Virus record (IMG/VR): IMGVR_UViG_3300028956_000026
Location: 1 to 11,868 of that record
Origin: a virus
Taxonomy: Duplodnaviria > Heunggongvirae > Uroviricota > Caudoviricetes
Length of the DNA: 11,868 bases
Strand: one strand, 5' to 3'
Part shown: piece by piece, positions 1 through 7,185 of the stretch
Position numbering within the stretch: position 1 is the first letter of the stretch
Layout of the letters: every line of letters begins with the position of its first letter
Notes under the pieces: model-generated
The model's input: the letters and a program-made list of their open reading frames with translations, nothing else
What the model was told of the DNA's origin: nothing
The model's database searches: none
Program-made: the position numbers and the translations under genes

Positions 1-204
1 GTAATGGGCGATGGTCGTAAGTATGACTGGGTTGTTTCTCTGCGTGCTGTCGAAACCATCGACTTTATGACCGCACACTGGGCGCATCTGCCGTACGATT
101 TCCTCGGTCGCGTTTCCAACCGCATTATCAATGAAGTGAACGGTATTTCCCGCGTGGTGTATGACATCAGCGGCAAGCCACCAGCTACCATTGAGTGGGA
201 ATGA
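1..204 (+). CDS. guaA: 3' end of GMP synthase (glutamine-hydrolysing); 5' end lies outside the window
   Basis: The frame is open from base 1 and ends ...[21 protein letters not shown], stop TGA at 202-204. This matches my recollection of the conserved GuaA C-terminus; not checked by search. Confidence 0.75.
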
Positions 205-249
205 TTAACAGCTAACTCATAGCAAGTCATTCCTATTCAGATACTAACT

Positions 250-285
250 AAACCCTCTGTTTTTACAGAGGGTTTTTGTTTTTAT
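250..285 (+). terminator. Rho-independent terminator downstream of guaA
   Basis: Perfect 9-bp stem AACCCTCTG (251-259) / CAGAGGGTT (266-274) with a 6-nt loop, followed by TTTTTGTTTTT. Confidence 0.6.
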
Positions 286-338
286 GTATTCATTTCTATT
301 CACTCTACACCATATTTTTCGGCGGTACAGGTGACGGT

Positions 339-355
339 ATTACCTTAAAGGTATA
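339..355. promoter_or_regulatory. Operator-like 17-bp dyad ATTACCttaaaGGTATA upstream of int
   Basis: Member of the recurrent ATTACC-N5-GGTAAT family. Overlaps a -10-like TATACT (352-357) and a second dyad GGTATactctcATACC (351-366). Confidence 0.4.
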
Positions 356-396
356 CTCTCATACCGTCATGAAAATGGTTTCTATACGGGTGAATT

Positions 397-1647
397 GTGC
401 TTACCGATACAAAATTAAAAAACCTCAAGCCGCAGGACAAACTGTACAAGGTCTCCGATCGTGACGGGCTGTATGTAGCTGTGCTTACGTCAGGCACGGT
501 CTCGTTTCGCTACGACTACCGTATCAACGGTCGCCGCGAAACGCTGGTAATCGGGCAGTATGGGCGTGACGGTATCAGCCTGGCAGAAGCGCGAGAAGAA
601 CTGATTGCTGCAAAGAAGCTGCTTAAAGCAGGCCAGTCACCGGCTGCGGCTAAACGTGACGGTATCAAAAAGATTCGTGGTGCCGAGACGTTTGCGGTAC
701 ATACCGACAGTTATATGAAACACGTCATCCTGGCTGACAGTACCCGCGCAATGAAACAGGCGGTGATCGACCGTGACATACTTCCGGTTCTTGGCAATAA
801 AATGATGGCTGAAATTACCACATCGATGGTTCGTGATTTGTGTGACCGGATTGTCGAACGCGGTGGCCGGGCAACAGCAGTGCAGGCCAGGGAGATCATC
901 AGTAGCGTATACCGTCACGCCAATGACCGTGGTCATGGTTTGTTTAATCCTGCGGCTGACATTAAACCTTCGTCTATCGCCATATTTAAACCACGAGAGC
1001 GAACACTGACACCAGAAGAAATTGGCCTGTTCTTCCGCACGCTGGATGCCATTGGTGCTATGGGCACTATGAAAATGGCTTTAAAACTGGTGCTTATCAC
1101 TATGGTTCGTAAGGGCGAATTCACCAATGCAACGTGGGATGAAATAGATTTTAAAAAATGGACATGGACAATTCCTTCAGACCGCATGAAAGGAAGCCGG
1201 GCGCACGTTATTTACCTGCCTAAACAGGCACAGGATATATTGGTCGGGTTGCAGATGTGCGCTGGTGGAAGTGAATACCTGGTTCCTGGTCGTTACAATT
1301 TCCGGAAGCCATTATCTAATGCCGCACTGAACTCTCTGATCGACAGAACGGTGAAAATAATAAATGAAGATGGTGAGCATATTCAGGACTTCACCGTACA
1401 CGATATGCGCCGTACAGCCAGTACGTTGTTGCATGAGGCTGGTTATCCTTCAGACTGGATTGAAAAGGCTCTGGCACATGAGCAGAAAGGTGTGCGCGCC
1501 GTATATAACAAAGCGGAATACGCCAGACAGCGCGCCTACATGTTGCAGCAGTGGGCCGATATGATTGATTCTTGGATTGACGGGGAGCATACGGATCTGA
1601 TTCCGTTCTCCCCGTCGAAGTTTGAGAAGTGGATGGCGGGGGAATAA
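397..1647 (+). CDS. int: Site-specific tyrosine integrase, P4/CP4-57 type
   Basis: 416 aa, GTG start. N-terminus LTDTKLKNLKPQDKLYKVSDRDGLYVAV is typical of the P4-integrase N-terminal domain. C-terminal catalytic signature VHDMRRTASTLL ... LAHEQKGVRAVYNKAEY (HxxR and catalytic Tyr). Confidence 0.9.
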   Translation: MLTDTKLKNLKPQDKLYKVSDRDGLYVAVLTSGTVSFRYDYRINGRRETLVIGQYGRDGISLAEAREELIAAKKLLKAGQSPAAAKRDGIKKIRGAETFAVHTDSYMKHVILADSTRAMKQAVIDRDILPVLGNKMMAEITTSMVRDLCDRIVERGGRATAVQAREIISSVYRHANDRGHGLFNPAADIKPSSIAIFKPRERTLTPEEIGLFFRTLDAIGAMGTMKMALKLVLITMVRKGEFTNATWDEIDFKKWTWTIPSDRMKGSRAHVIYLPKQAQDILVGLQMCAGGSEYLVPGRYNFRKPLSNAALNSLIDRTVKIINEDGEHIQDFTVHDMRRTASTLLHEAGYPSDWIEKALAHEQKGVRAVYNKAEYARQRAYMLQQWADMIDSWIDGEHTDLIPFSPSKFEKWMAGE

Positions 1648-1650
1648 CGT

Positions 1651-1845
1651 TTAATTATTCTGCTGATTTTCTTCCATCTCGGCTTCTGCTGCCAGTGATT
1701 CAATTTTGTCTGCGAATATTGCTGACAGCGTTGCAAATTCAGCATCGGTGACAGCGGGAATTGGAACAAACCTGATCCCGCTGTGTGCAAGCATGTTTGC
1801 AGTTTCAAGGCATTTCCTTAAATCTGCTGGTGATGCCCGGTTCAT
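1651..1845 (-). CDS. Small hypothetical protein (64 aa) with an acidic C-terminus
   Basis: Its ATG (1845-1843) overlaps the TGA stop (1844-1842) of the upstream methyltransferase as ATGA. GGGAG Shine-Dalgarno about 9 nt upstream. Sequence MNRASPADLRK...AEAEMEENQQNN. The 104-aa track ORF 1651..1965 is the same frame extended into the methyltransferase gene. Confidence 0.45.
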   Translation of the reverse strand: MNRASPADLRKCLETANMLAHSGIRFVPIPAVTDAEFATLSAIFADKIESLAAEAEMEENQQNN

Positions 1846-2492
1846 GCTGCACGCTCCCGCCCCTGGTTGTCTGTTGGTGACAGCGGAGCATTGCTGAATG
1901 CATTTGTTAATCTGGCAATATCCAACGCGTATCCAGGGTGTAGTTGCACTGCCGGGTCTTCGCACTGATTACCCCAAACATCGAAGCCATGAGACGACTG
2001 GCGGGCGAACAGTTCAATGCGAGAAACATCGCCTAACAATTGCACAAGTTTTTCACGAACGACATCTGGTTTTCTTGAATGCTCAAGCCGCGGTGCGGTA
2101 AATGACTGAACGATCCCTGCATTAATGCGCGGAGGTAGTTTTCCCTTTACTGCAAACAGGCAATCTTCACTATTGGCGCGAGTCATGTGACCCATACCCA
2201 TAACCAGTTTATCTGGTTGTCGACTACCACATTTTATCCACGTGAATCCCTTCATGGTCATCAGACGGAATCCCCAGGCTTCAACAACTTTTAGTGCTTC
2301 GAGTGGTTGTGTTGGCACCCACCACATGGCCAACAGACAGTTTTCATCGGCCAAATCCCACACAGGAAGGCGGCAGATATCCATCACACTCATAACCGGA
2401 TATTTAAAACCGGCACCGCGATTACCATCTGCGGCTTTGTCCCGGTATACCCAGGGTGGATCTGCATAGATTAGTGTGTATTTCTTAGTCAT
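1842..2492 (-). CDS. MT-A70 family DNA N6-adenine methyltransferase
   Basis: 216 aa with the catalytic motif LIYADPPW near the N-terminus and downstream hydrophobic/WGF blocks typical of MT-A70. ATG at 2492. Confidence 0.8.
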   Translation of the reverse strand: MTKKYTLIYADPPWVYRDKAADGNRGAGFKYPVMSVMDICRLPVWDLADENCLLAMWWVPTQPLEALKVVEAWGFRLMTMKGFTWIKCGSRQPDKLVMGMGHMTRANSEDCLFAVKGKLPPRINAGIVQSFTAPRLEHSRKPDVVREKLVQLLGDVSRIELFARQSSHGFDVWGNQCEDPAVQLHPGYALDIARLTNAFSNAPLSPTDNQGRERAA

Positions 2493-2784
2493 AAACCACC
2501 CCGCAACATCCTATACCGCTATAGTCGCCACGGCGAAGGCCGTTACCTTTTGTGATACATTGGTCCCTGCGAACCGCGATCCTTGCACGCTCAACATCAC
2601 CAGAAGCAACATCCATACACTGAAGCCAAAGGTGGGCGGCAATGCGGAACTGCCCTTTTTTCTCTCTTTCAATCGCGCGTTTTTCGATCTCTATCGCCGC
2701 AGGAGTAACGGCAACAACCTTTGAAGGGCTGCGCATTGAAACCTTGTTCATGTGATATTTTTCAAGTCGGCTTAACTTTCTCAC
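2485..2784 (-). CDS. Hypothetical regulator, possibly PerC-family transcriptional activator
   Basis: GTG start at 2784 with GAGGG Shine-Dalgarno upstream; alternative ATG at 2751. Segment EKRAIEREKKGQFRIAAHLWLQCMDV...ERARIAVRRDQCI resembles the PerC/Pch pattern (GLWRRAA.RW...RRN.C) from memory. Overlaps the methyltransferase start by 8 nt. Confidence 0.45.
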   Translation of the reverse strand: MRKLSRLEKYHMNKVSMRSPSKVVAVTPAAIEIEKRAIEREKKGQFRIAAHLWLQCMDVASGDVERARIAVRRDQCITKGNGLRRGDYSGIGCCGVVYD

Positions 2785-2893
2785 TTAATCCAACCCTCTC
2801 TGAAAATTAATGCCAGCAGATAAAGCCATGCAGAAACAGAGGCCAGGAATAAGTACCATCCTGACCATTTGCTCCAGTGCCTTAGCAGCACAC

Positions 2894-3142
2894 TCATGCC
2901 GCGTTGCTCACGGGACGATATACACGTTGCTGAACAGGAGGTTTTTTACCCTGGAACTCTGCCGGGCTTGCTGCCTGACGTTCATCAAGCCAACGCTCAA
3001 CTTCATCACGGTTCCATGCGCAGCGTTTATCGGTGATATACCAGCGTTTAGGAAATTCCCCTGCGCGCTCCATACGGTCGATAGTGCTCCATGACAGTGG
3101 CACCACCGCCAGGAGTTCCTTCTTACCTAATGCACCTTTCAT
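2894..3142 (-). CDS. AlpA-family prophage regulator / excisionase-like HTH protein
   Basis: 82 aa. KELLAVVPLSWSTIDRMERAGEFPKRWYITDKRCAWNRDEVERWLDER fits the AlpA/Xis-type winged-HTH pattern (S-STI-R, FP, W...EV..W). GAGG Shine-Dalgarno 5-6 nt upstream of the ATG. Confidence 0.7.
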   Translation of the reverse strand: MKGALGKKELLAVVPLSWSTIDRMERAGEFPKRWYITDKRCAWNRDEVERWLDERQAASPAEFQGKKPPVQQRVYRPVSNAA

Positions 3143-3191
3143 AAATACCTCTCTTGGTTGCAGTGCGGCGCGCGTGGCGCCGCGGTGGTGG

Positions 3192-4133
3192 TTACATAGA
3201 TGTTTCGTTTAATTCTTCCCGACGAACGCTGTAAACGTCGGTGGCTTTTGCCAGCAGTTCGTCATCATCTGAAAGTTTTTGTGCAATGTATTTGTAAGCC
3301 TTATCCAGTTCGGAGACAGTGCTGTAATTCATCGCTGCGCTGGTAAAGGCCATCAGCATTTCTTCTGGATCACGGCTATCCGCTTTACGCGTTTGCTCAT
3401 CAGGCTTTTTCGCTGGTTTAGCGTTGATCAGACTGTTCATTCCCGCAGCAGTGGTCGTTTGCGGAGTAATGTCTCGCTCAACGCGCGGTGCCGTTTCCTG
3501 TAATTCGTCTGGGGTGTAGACGCCCATGATTACGTCAGGACAGTGCAGGCGAGACCAGCGTTTTGTCGCAAGGTATGCGAGTTGTTGTTTCGGATCACTG
3601 GCCCAAAGTGTGGAGTTTCTTACCTGTGCTTGAGACAGCATTAACTCAAGCACTCGAGGTTGATCCTCGCCCTTCATGGTTGCCCATACGCGAACACCGC
3701 AGCCTTCTTCGTCTTTTAGAGTCCAGCCTGGTGCGATATATGGATTGCCGTTTTTGGATGTTTTCTCAACAAACTTACCGATCACGCGTTCCCACGGCCC
3801 GAACCACTCGTAGTTGATGCGATCTTTTGTTGGCGACATCGTTGAGATAACTGCGTTTACTAATTGGGCTTCATAACCTAGCGTGCCGTTCACAACATGG
3901 GTTTTCTGAGCCACGGCAAACGGGTTCATTCCCCACTGCGCAGCCTGCATTGCCACGGCCATGCAATCAGCTGGTTTCCCGGCGAGGTGCGCCGGTACCG
4001 TTACGCGGCTTTGCGCCATTACCTCGGCGAATTTCATCAGTTGGTTCAAGCCGTCTGGGCTGAAAATAGTTGCAGCAGTTCCAGCGATTGCTGTGTCTAC
4101 TGGTGCGTTGATGTTTGCGATGTCGTTGCTCAT
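3192..4133 (-). CDS. ssDNA annealing recombinase, Bet (Red-beta)/RecT family
   Basis: Blocks AQWGMNPFAVAQKTHVV and QLAYLATKRWSRL...ERDITP parallel lambda Bet (ANQYGLNPW..., ...ERDITP). Start placed at ATG 4133, which overlaps the exonuclease stop as ATGA and has an AGGA Shine-Dalgarno; the track start at 4160 is GTG without a Shine-Dalgarno. Confidence 0.8.
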   Translation of the reverse strand: MSNDIANINAPVDTAIAGTAATIFSPDGLNQLMKFAEVMAQSRVTVPAHLAGKPADCMAVAMQAAQWGMNPFAVAQKTHVVNGTLGYEAQLVNAVISTMSPTKDRINYEWFGPWERVIGKFVEKTSKNGNPYIAPGWTLKDEEGCGVRVWATMKGEDQPRVLELMLSQAQVRNSTLWASDPKQQLAYLATKRWSRLHCPDVIMGVYTPDELQETAPRVERDITPQTTTAAGMNSLINAKPAKKPDEQTRKADSRDPEEMLMAFTSAAMNYSTVSELDKAYKYIAQKLSDDDELLAKATDVYSVRREELNETSM

Positions 4134-4951
4134 ATGTACATATCCTGTTTGCGTGCCCACTCAGGGCGTTTAATGATTTCCACACCGCCCCATTCATCAT
4201 TGATGCGGCATTCGTGATAGGTATTCAGATCCCGGCGGAACAGAGCGTGCCCGGCATCGACATCCTGCGCATCCAGCTCGAACACGCGTACCGGATACCG
4301 ACCACAATCAATGCTTTCGCTCACGGCAAGAAAGAAAAAACCATGCGGCTGACCAGTAACCCTCATTGCGCCTTCGCGGTACATTGCGTCCTGCACGTGG
4401 TAGCGGAATTCCTCGATGTGGCGTGCAAAACGGTCCATATCTGCAACCTTTTTCACGTCGACGATCACGTTGTGCTCGTTCAGCCATTTGTCTGGACGAA
4501 TTCGGCACAACTCCCCCGTCTCTTCATCGTTCCAGTACATTGATGCTTCGCAGTAACCAGGGGCTTCCAGCATCCAGCGTGCCGCCGGGTGAGCCATTGC
4601 GCTATCACGCATCAGCTCCAGTTTCCGCCACTGCTCGGCATCAAGTACCGTAATCCCCATATCCGCCACATCACGAAGAAATGCCTCTTCGTCAGCTTTA
4701 CCTTGTTTCGTCCGACGATCGAATTTCGGTGAAACAATGAAGCGTTTGTCGAACTCTCCAGGCTCCAGAAGCAGACAGTGCAATGCGGTTCCCATATCCA
4801 GTGCAGACTTTTTCTCTTCGTCTTCTGGTGCTGCCTGAACCCATTTAAGAAGCGCCGGATTCTTGGCAACCATGTCCAGTTGCGACTTACTCACGCCGTC
4901 ACCGGCGTGGTAGTCCTCATTGCTGATGTCGAAATAAATTCCCGGTTTCAT
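4130..4951 (-). CDS. RecE-like 5'-3' exonuclease (exodeoxyribonuclease VIII-like, PD-(D/E)XK)
   Basis: 273 aa. N-terminus MKPGIYFDISNEDYHAGDGVSKSQL resembles the RecE C-terminal nuclease domain family. Sits immediately upstream of the annealing protein (exo then annealase order, as in RecET modules). Confidence 0.7.
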   Translation of the reverse strand: MKPGIYFDISNEDYHAGDGVSKSQLDMVAKNPALLKWVQAAPEDEEKKSALDMGTALHCLLLEPGEFDKRFIVSPKFDRRTKQGKADEEAFLRDVADMGITVLDAEQWRKLELMRDSAMAHPAARWMLEAPGYCEASMYWNDEETGELCRIRPDKWLNEHNVIVDVKKVADMDRFARHIEEFRYHVQDAMYREGAMRVTGQPHGFFFLAVSESIDCGRYPVRVFELDAQDVDAGHALFRRDLNTYHECRINDEWGGVEIIKRPEWARKQDMYI

Positions 4952-5247
4952 GCCGCTTCCCTCTGCCCATCAATCCGATCCGCCAGATCCCAGCGGGCGA
5001 TAATTGCCATTGCCTCTCGCCGGTAGGCATCCATCAGTTCTTCGAACTCAGGGCTGTCTTTAGCAGCCTCCAGTACTTCCTGGCGAACTCCTTTGCCTGT
5101 TACAGCGTCAAAAGTTGAGGCCAGTTGATGAAGCCGGATGCTATCGATCAGTTCAACTTGTCGGTCATATAGCTGTTCTGACAGGCGGTAGTCCTTGTCG
5201 AATGCCAGCATGATTTTTTGAAGATTTTTCTGCTGATTAACGTTCAT
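4948..5247 (-). CDS. Small protein, possibly Gam-like host nuclease (RecBCD) inhibitor
   Basis: 99 aa from ATG 5247 with a GAGGTGGG Shine-Dalgarno; the track start at 5253 is GTG. Stop overlaps the exonuclease ATG as ATGA. C-terminal SPEFEELMDAYRREAMAIIARWDLADRID weakly resembles lambda GamS ([27 protein letters not shown]); size and position match gam. Confidence 0.45.
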   Translation of the reverse strand: MNVNQQKNLQKIMLAFDKDYRLSEQLYDRQVELIDSIRLHQLASTFDAVTGKGVRQEVLEAAKDSPEFEELMDAYRREAMAIIARWDLADRIDGQREAA

Positions 5248-5254
5248 ACCCACC

Positions 5255-6289
5255 TCAATATTTGATATACGCGTCCTGCACTTTGCCGCCAGCGATAGCC
5301 AACATTGCTTTCTGCGCGAATTCTTCGTGAATGCCTTGGGCTATCAGATCTGCGATTACTCTGCGGTTAACGGTACGGCGATGCTCTTTATCTGCAGCTC
5401 GGCGCGCTTCTTCGTCGGCGATACGCTTCTGTTCGTCAAGGCGGGCTTTTTCTGCCGCCTCTTGGCGTCGGCGTTCCTCGGCAACGGCTTCTTCTTTTTC
5501 GCGTCGTGCACGCTGCTCTGCTTCAATTCGCTGACGTTCTGCTACTTCAGCACGTGCTTTTTCTTCCGCCGCCAGGCGTGCCGCAGCCTCAATTTCAGCT
5601 TTCGCTTTTTGTTCAGCTTCGAGCCTGGCCTGTTCAGCAGCTTCCCGTCGGATATTCTCTTCTCGCTCAATGCGCGCTTTTTCCTCCGCTTCTTTGCGAA
5701 GTCGCTCCAGCTCAGCGGCTTCATGCTCGCGTTTTTGAGCTACTGCGAGTGATTCTTCCAGTTTCTGGATGGTTGAATCCTTGGCTACTCCAGCTTCTGC
5801 TGCGTACTCCTGCCAACTTTCATCAAGTGCTACTGATTTAGCCTCTTGAATTCGTTCCTGAATATCAGATGATGGCAAGTAGTTTCCGGAGAGATCGATC
5901 ACGTCAGCTAGTGCTCGCAAATTTGTCAGGCGTTGTTGCAGTGCTTCAGTGCGTAATTTCTCAGCATTTTCCCACTCGGTGAGTGGGCGGCGTACTTCAT
6001 CACGAAGCCGATCGCATTCGGTTACGAAGCGTCGTAACTCTGCTTCAACTACTTTCGGCTGTTCTTTCAGGCGTTTCAGATAATCACGTCCTGGTTTTTC
6101 TACCGCTGTTTTACTTCTTGAAACCTTCGCAGCCAGAGATGCAATGCGCTTTCTGCCTTTGTCTGTGCTAATGTCAGGCACTTCATTAACACCTTCACGG
6201 ATCTGCTCGAGAAACTTTTCCAGCCCTTTTTCAACGTAAATTCTTGGTGCCATGTCTGGTGTGATTTCGATGATTGATAATTCACTCAT
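5255..6289 (-). CDS. Phage coiled-coil protein with a TolA-like low-complexity E/A/K/R-rich central region
   Basis: 344 aa. Globular N-terminal part (MSELSIIEITPDMAPRIYVEKGLEKFLEQIREG...) followed by about 120 aa of EAEQKAKAEIEAAARLAAEEKARAEV-type repeats. Several antisense shadow ORFs on + are artefacts of this repeat. Confidence 0.7.
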   Translation of the reverse strand: MSELSIIEITPDMAPRIYVEKGLEKFLEQIREGVNEVPDISTDKGRKRIASLAAKVSRSKTAVEKPGRDYLKRLKEQPKVVEAELRRFVTECDRLRDEVRRPLTEWENAEKLRTEALQQRLTNLRALADVIDLSGNYLPSSDIQERIQEAKSVALDESWQEYAAEAGVAKDSTIQKLEESLAVAQKREHEAAELERLRKEAEEKARIEREENIRREAAEQARLEAEQKAKAEIEAAARLAAEEKARAEVAERQRIEAEQRARREKEEAVAEERRRQEAAEKARLDEQKRIADEEARRAADKEHRRTVNRRVIADLIAQGIHEEFAQKAMLAIAGGKVQDAYIKY

Positions 6290-6297
6290 TTGCTAAC

Positions 6298-6447
6298 CTA
6301 CTCCCATATCTCGTTATCGTTTGCCACATCGCGAGCTTCTTTGCTGATGAAAGCCCACTTGATGCCTTCCTGTAAGGTGCGGAACTTCCAGCTCATGAAT
6401 CCGCATGCAGTAACGCAGTACCAACCGTTGATGATTTTCCACTGCAT
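6298..6447 (-). CDS. Small ORF (49 aa), first gene of the leftward early operon; possible Kil-like small membrane-active protein
   Basis: Not in the ORF track (under 60 aa). ATG at 6447 preceded by GAGGT 8 nt upstream; stop TAG at 6300-6298, 8 nt before the next gene start. Translation MQWKIINGWYCVTACGFMSWKFRTLQEGIKWAFISKEARDVANDNEIWE has a hydrophobic/aromatic core. Confidence 0.4.
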   Translation of the reverse strand: MQWKIINGWYCVTACGFMSWKFRTLQEGIKWAFISKEARDVANDNEIWE

Positions 6448-6465
6448 AACTTGTTACCTCGGTCT

Positions 6466-6482
6466 GTTACCGTTGAGGTAAT
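6466..6482. promoter_or_regulatory. Operator-like dyad GTTACCgttgaGGTAAT (oL-proximal)
   Basis: 17-bp dyad overlapping the -10/start region of the predicted leftward promoter. An extra TTACC half-site lies at 6454-6458. Confidence 0.45.
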
Positions 6483-6509
6483 AATTATGCTTATTTGGTT
6501 TGGTGTCAA
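6481..6509 (-). promoter_or_regulatory. pL-like sigma-70 promoter (leftward early operon)
   Basis: On the minus strand a perfect -35 TTGACA (plus 6504-6509), 17-bp spacer, -10 AATTAT. Lies between the repressor terminator and the first leftward ORF and is flanked by two operator dyads. Confidence 0.45.
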
Positions 6510-6527
6510 TAGATATGAGTTAAAAAA

Positions 6528-6544
6528 ATTACCCGTAAGGTAAT
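6528..6544. promoter_or_regulatory. Operator-like perfect dyad ATTACCcgtaaGGTAAT (oL-distal)
   Basis: Perfect 6+5+6 palindrome about 19 bp upstream of the -35 of the pL-like promoter. Confidence 0.45.
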
Positions 6545-6552
6545 CTATCTGG

Positions 6553-6580
6553 CAATAAAAAAGCCGCCATGAGGCGGCTT
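6553..6580 (-). terminator. Rho-independent terminator after the repressor gene (tImm-like)
   Basis: 8-bp stem AAGCCGCC (6561-6568) / GGCGGCTT (6573-6580), loop ATGA. On the minus strand it is followed by TTTTATT. Lies 20 bp downstream of the repressor stop. Confidence 0.6.
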
Positions 6581-6600
6581 ACTTGCTGAAAACTATAGTT

Positions 6601-7185
6601 TTATTGTTTGCTTTTTTCGTTCTGGTTGATGACAAATTCAATGTAACTTTCGATCTTTGCTTTCTCTGTTTCAGGTAACAATGCGTAGCGCGAGCGGTCA
6701 TAGTTGATAGTTGCAGGGTCGTGCGGGTGAATCAGTAGTTCATATCCGTGACGCCCGAATGCAGATGCAACATTCTCCAGGGTGGAAATGGAAACGCTGA
6801 CCTCATTGTTTAACAGGCGGCTGATTGTCACCTGGGCTACGCCGGATGCGCGGTGAAGTTTTCCCTGTGTTGAAAGGTCGCGGCTTTCGCTCATCCAGCG
6901 TTCCAGGTTGTGAGCCGCCAGCTGGCCAATGTCGCTTGGGCCGACAGGCTGAAAACCTTCCTGAGAAAGCGAGCGATCGATATCAAGCCAGTTACGGGGT
7001 TTATTGGCGGCAGCTTCAATTTTTCGCGCAACCTGATCGCCGATAACCTTCTTACCAAGAGCCCAGCGGTTTACCAGATTTGCCTGAGTTCCAAGTTTTT
7101 CGGCCATCCGCGTCTGAACACCATTGAATTCACGGTCGATCAAGTCGTTGAGATTTTGCCTGCGGACGTCCTGGATACTTTTCAT
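6601..7185 (-). CDS. CI-like prophage repressor with two HTH domains and no LexA-type S24 peptidase domain
   Basis: 194 aa. N-terminal HTH (QTRMAEKLGTQANLVNRWALGKK) and a second HTH-like segment (GVAQVTISRLLNNEVSVSISTLENVASAFG). No Ser/Lys autocleavage motif. Divergent from the Cro-like gene, no Shine-Dalgarno before the ATG (pRM-style). Operators flank it. Confidence 0.7.
   Translation of the reverse strand: MKSIQDVRRQNLNDLIDREFNGVQTRMAEKLGTQANLVNRWALGKKVIGDQVARKIEAAANKPRNWLDIDRSLSQEGFQPVGPSDIGQLAAHNLERWMSESRDLSTQGKLHRASGVAQVTISRLLNNEVSVSISTLENVASAFGRHGYELLIHPHDPATINYDRSRYALLPETEKAKIESYIEFVINQNEKSKQ

Noticed and set aside
204-396. Possible tRNA or small RNA as integration target
   Set aside because: No cloverleaf-compatible structure or conserved tRNA motifs seen; the flanking target is the protein-coding guaA 3' end.
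276-464. 62-aa plus-strand ORF in the att/int promoter region
   Set aside because: Overlaps the int start and regulatory dyads; composition not protein-like; more likely non-coding att/promoter DNA.
1651-1965. 104-aa minus-strand ORF extending into the methyltransferase gene
   Set aside because: The upstream 40 codons overlap the methyltransferase C-terminus out of frame. The internal ATG at 1845 with ATGA coupling and a Shine-Dalgarno is the more plausible start, reported as 1651..1845.
2810-3094. 94-aa plus-strand ORF antisense to the AlpA-like gene
   Set aside because: The opposite-strand AlpA-like frame has a recognisable HTH signature and Shine-Dalgarno; this ORF has neither.
3897-4543. 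Plus-strand ORFs 3897..4217, 3961..4173 and 4115..4543 over the annealase/exonuclease junction
   Set aside because: Antisense to the conserved recombination genes; Cys/His/Arg-rich improbable translations.
5327-5841. Plus-strand ORFs 5327..5752, 5331..5534 and 5506..5841, and minus ORF 5542..5724, inside the coiled-coil gene
   Set aside because: Antisense or out-of-frame shadows of the low-complexity repeat; translations are Phe/Leu/Ser/Arg-rich junk with no ribosome-binding site.
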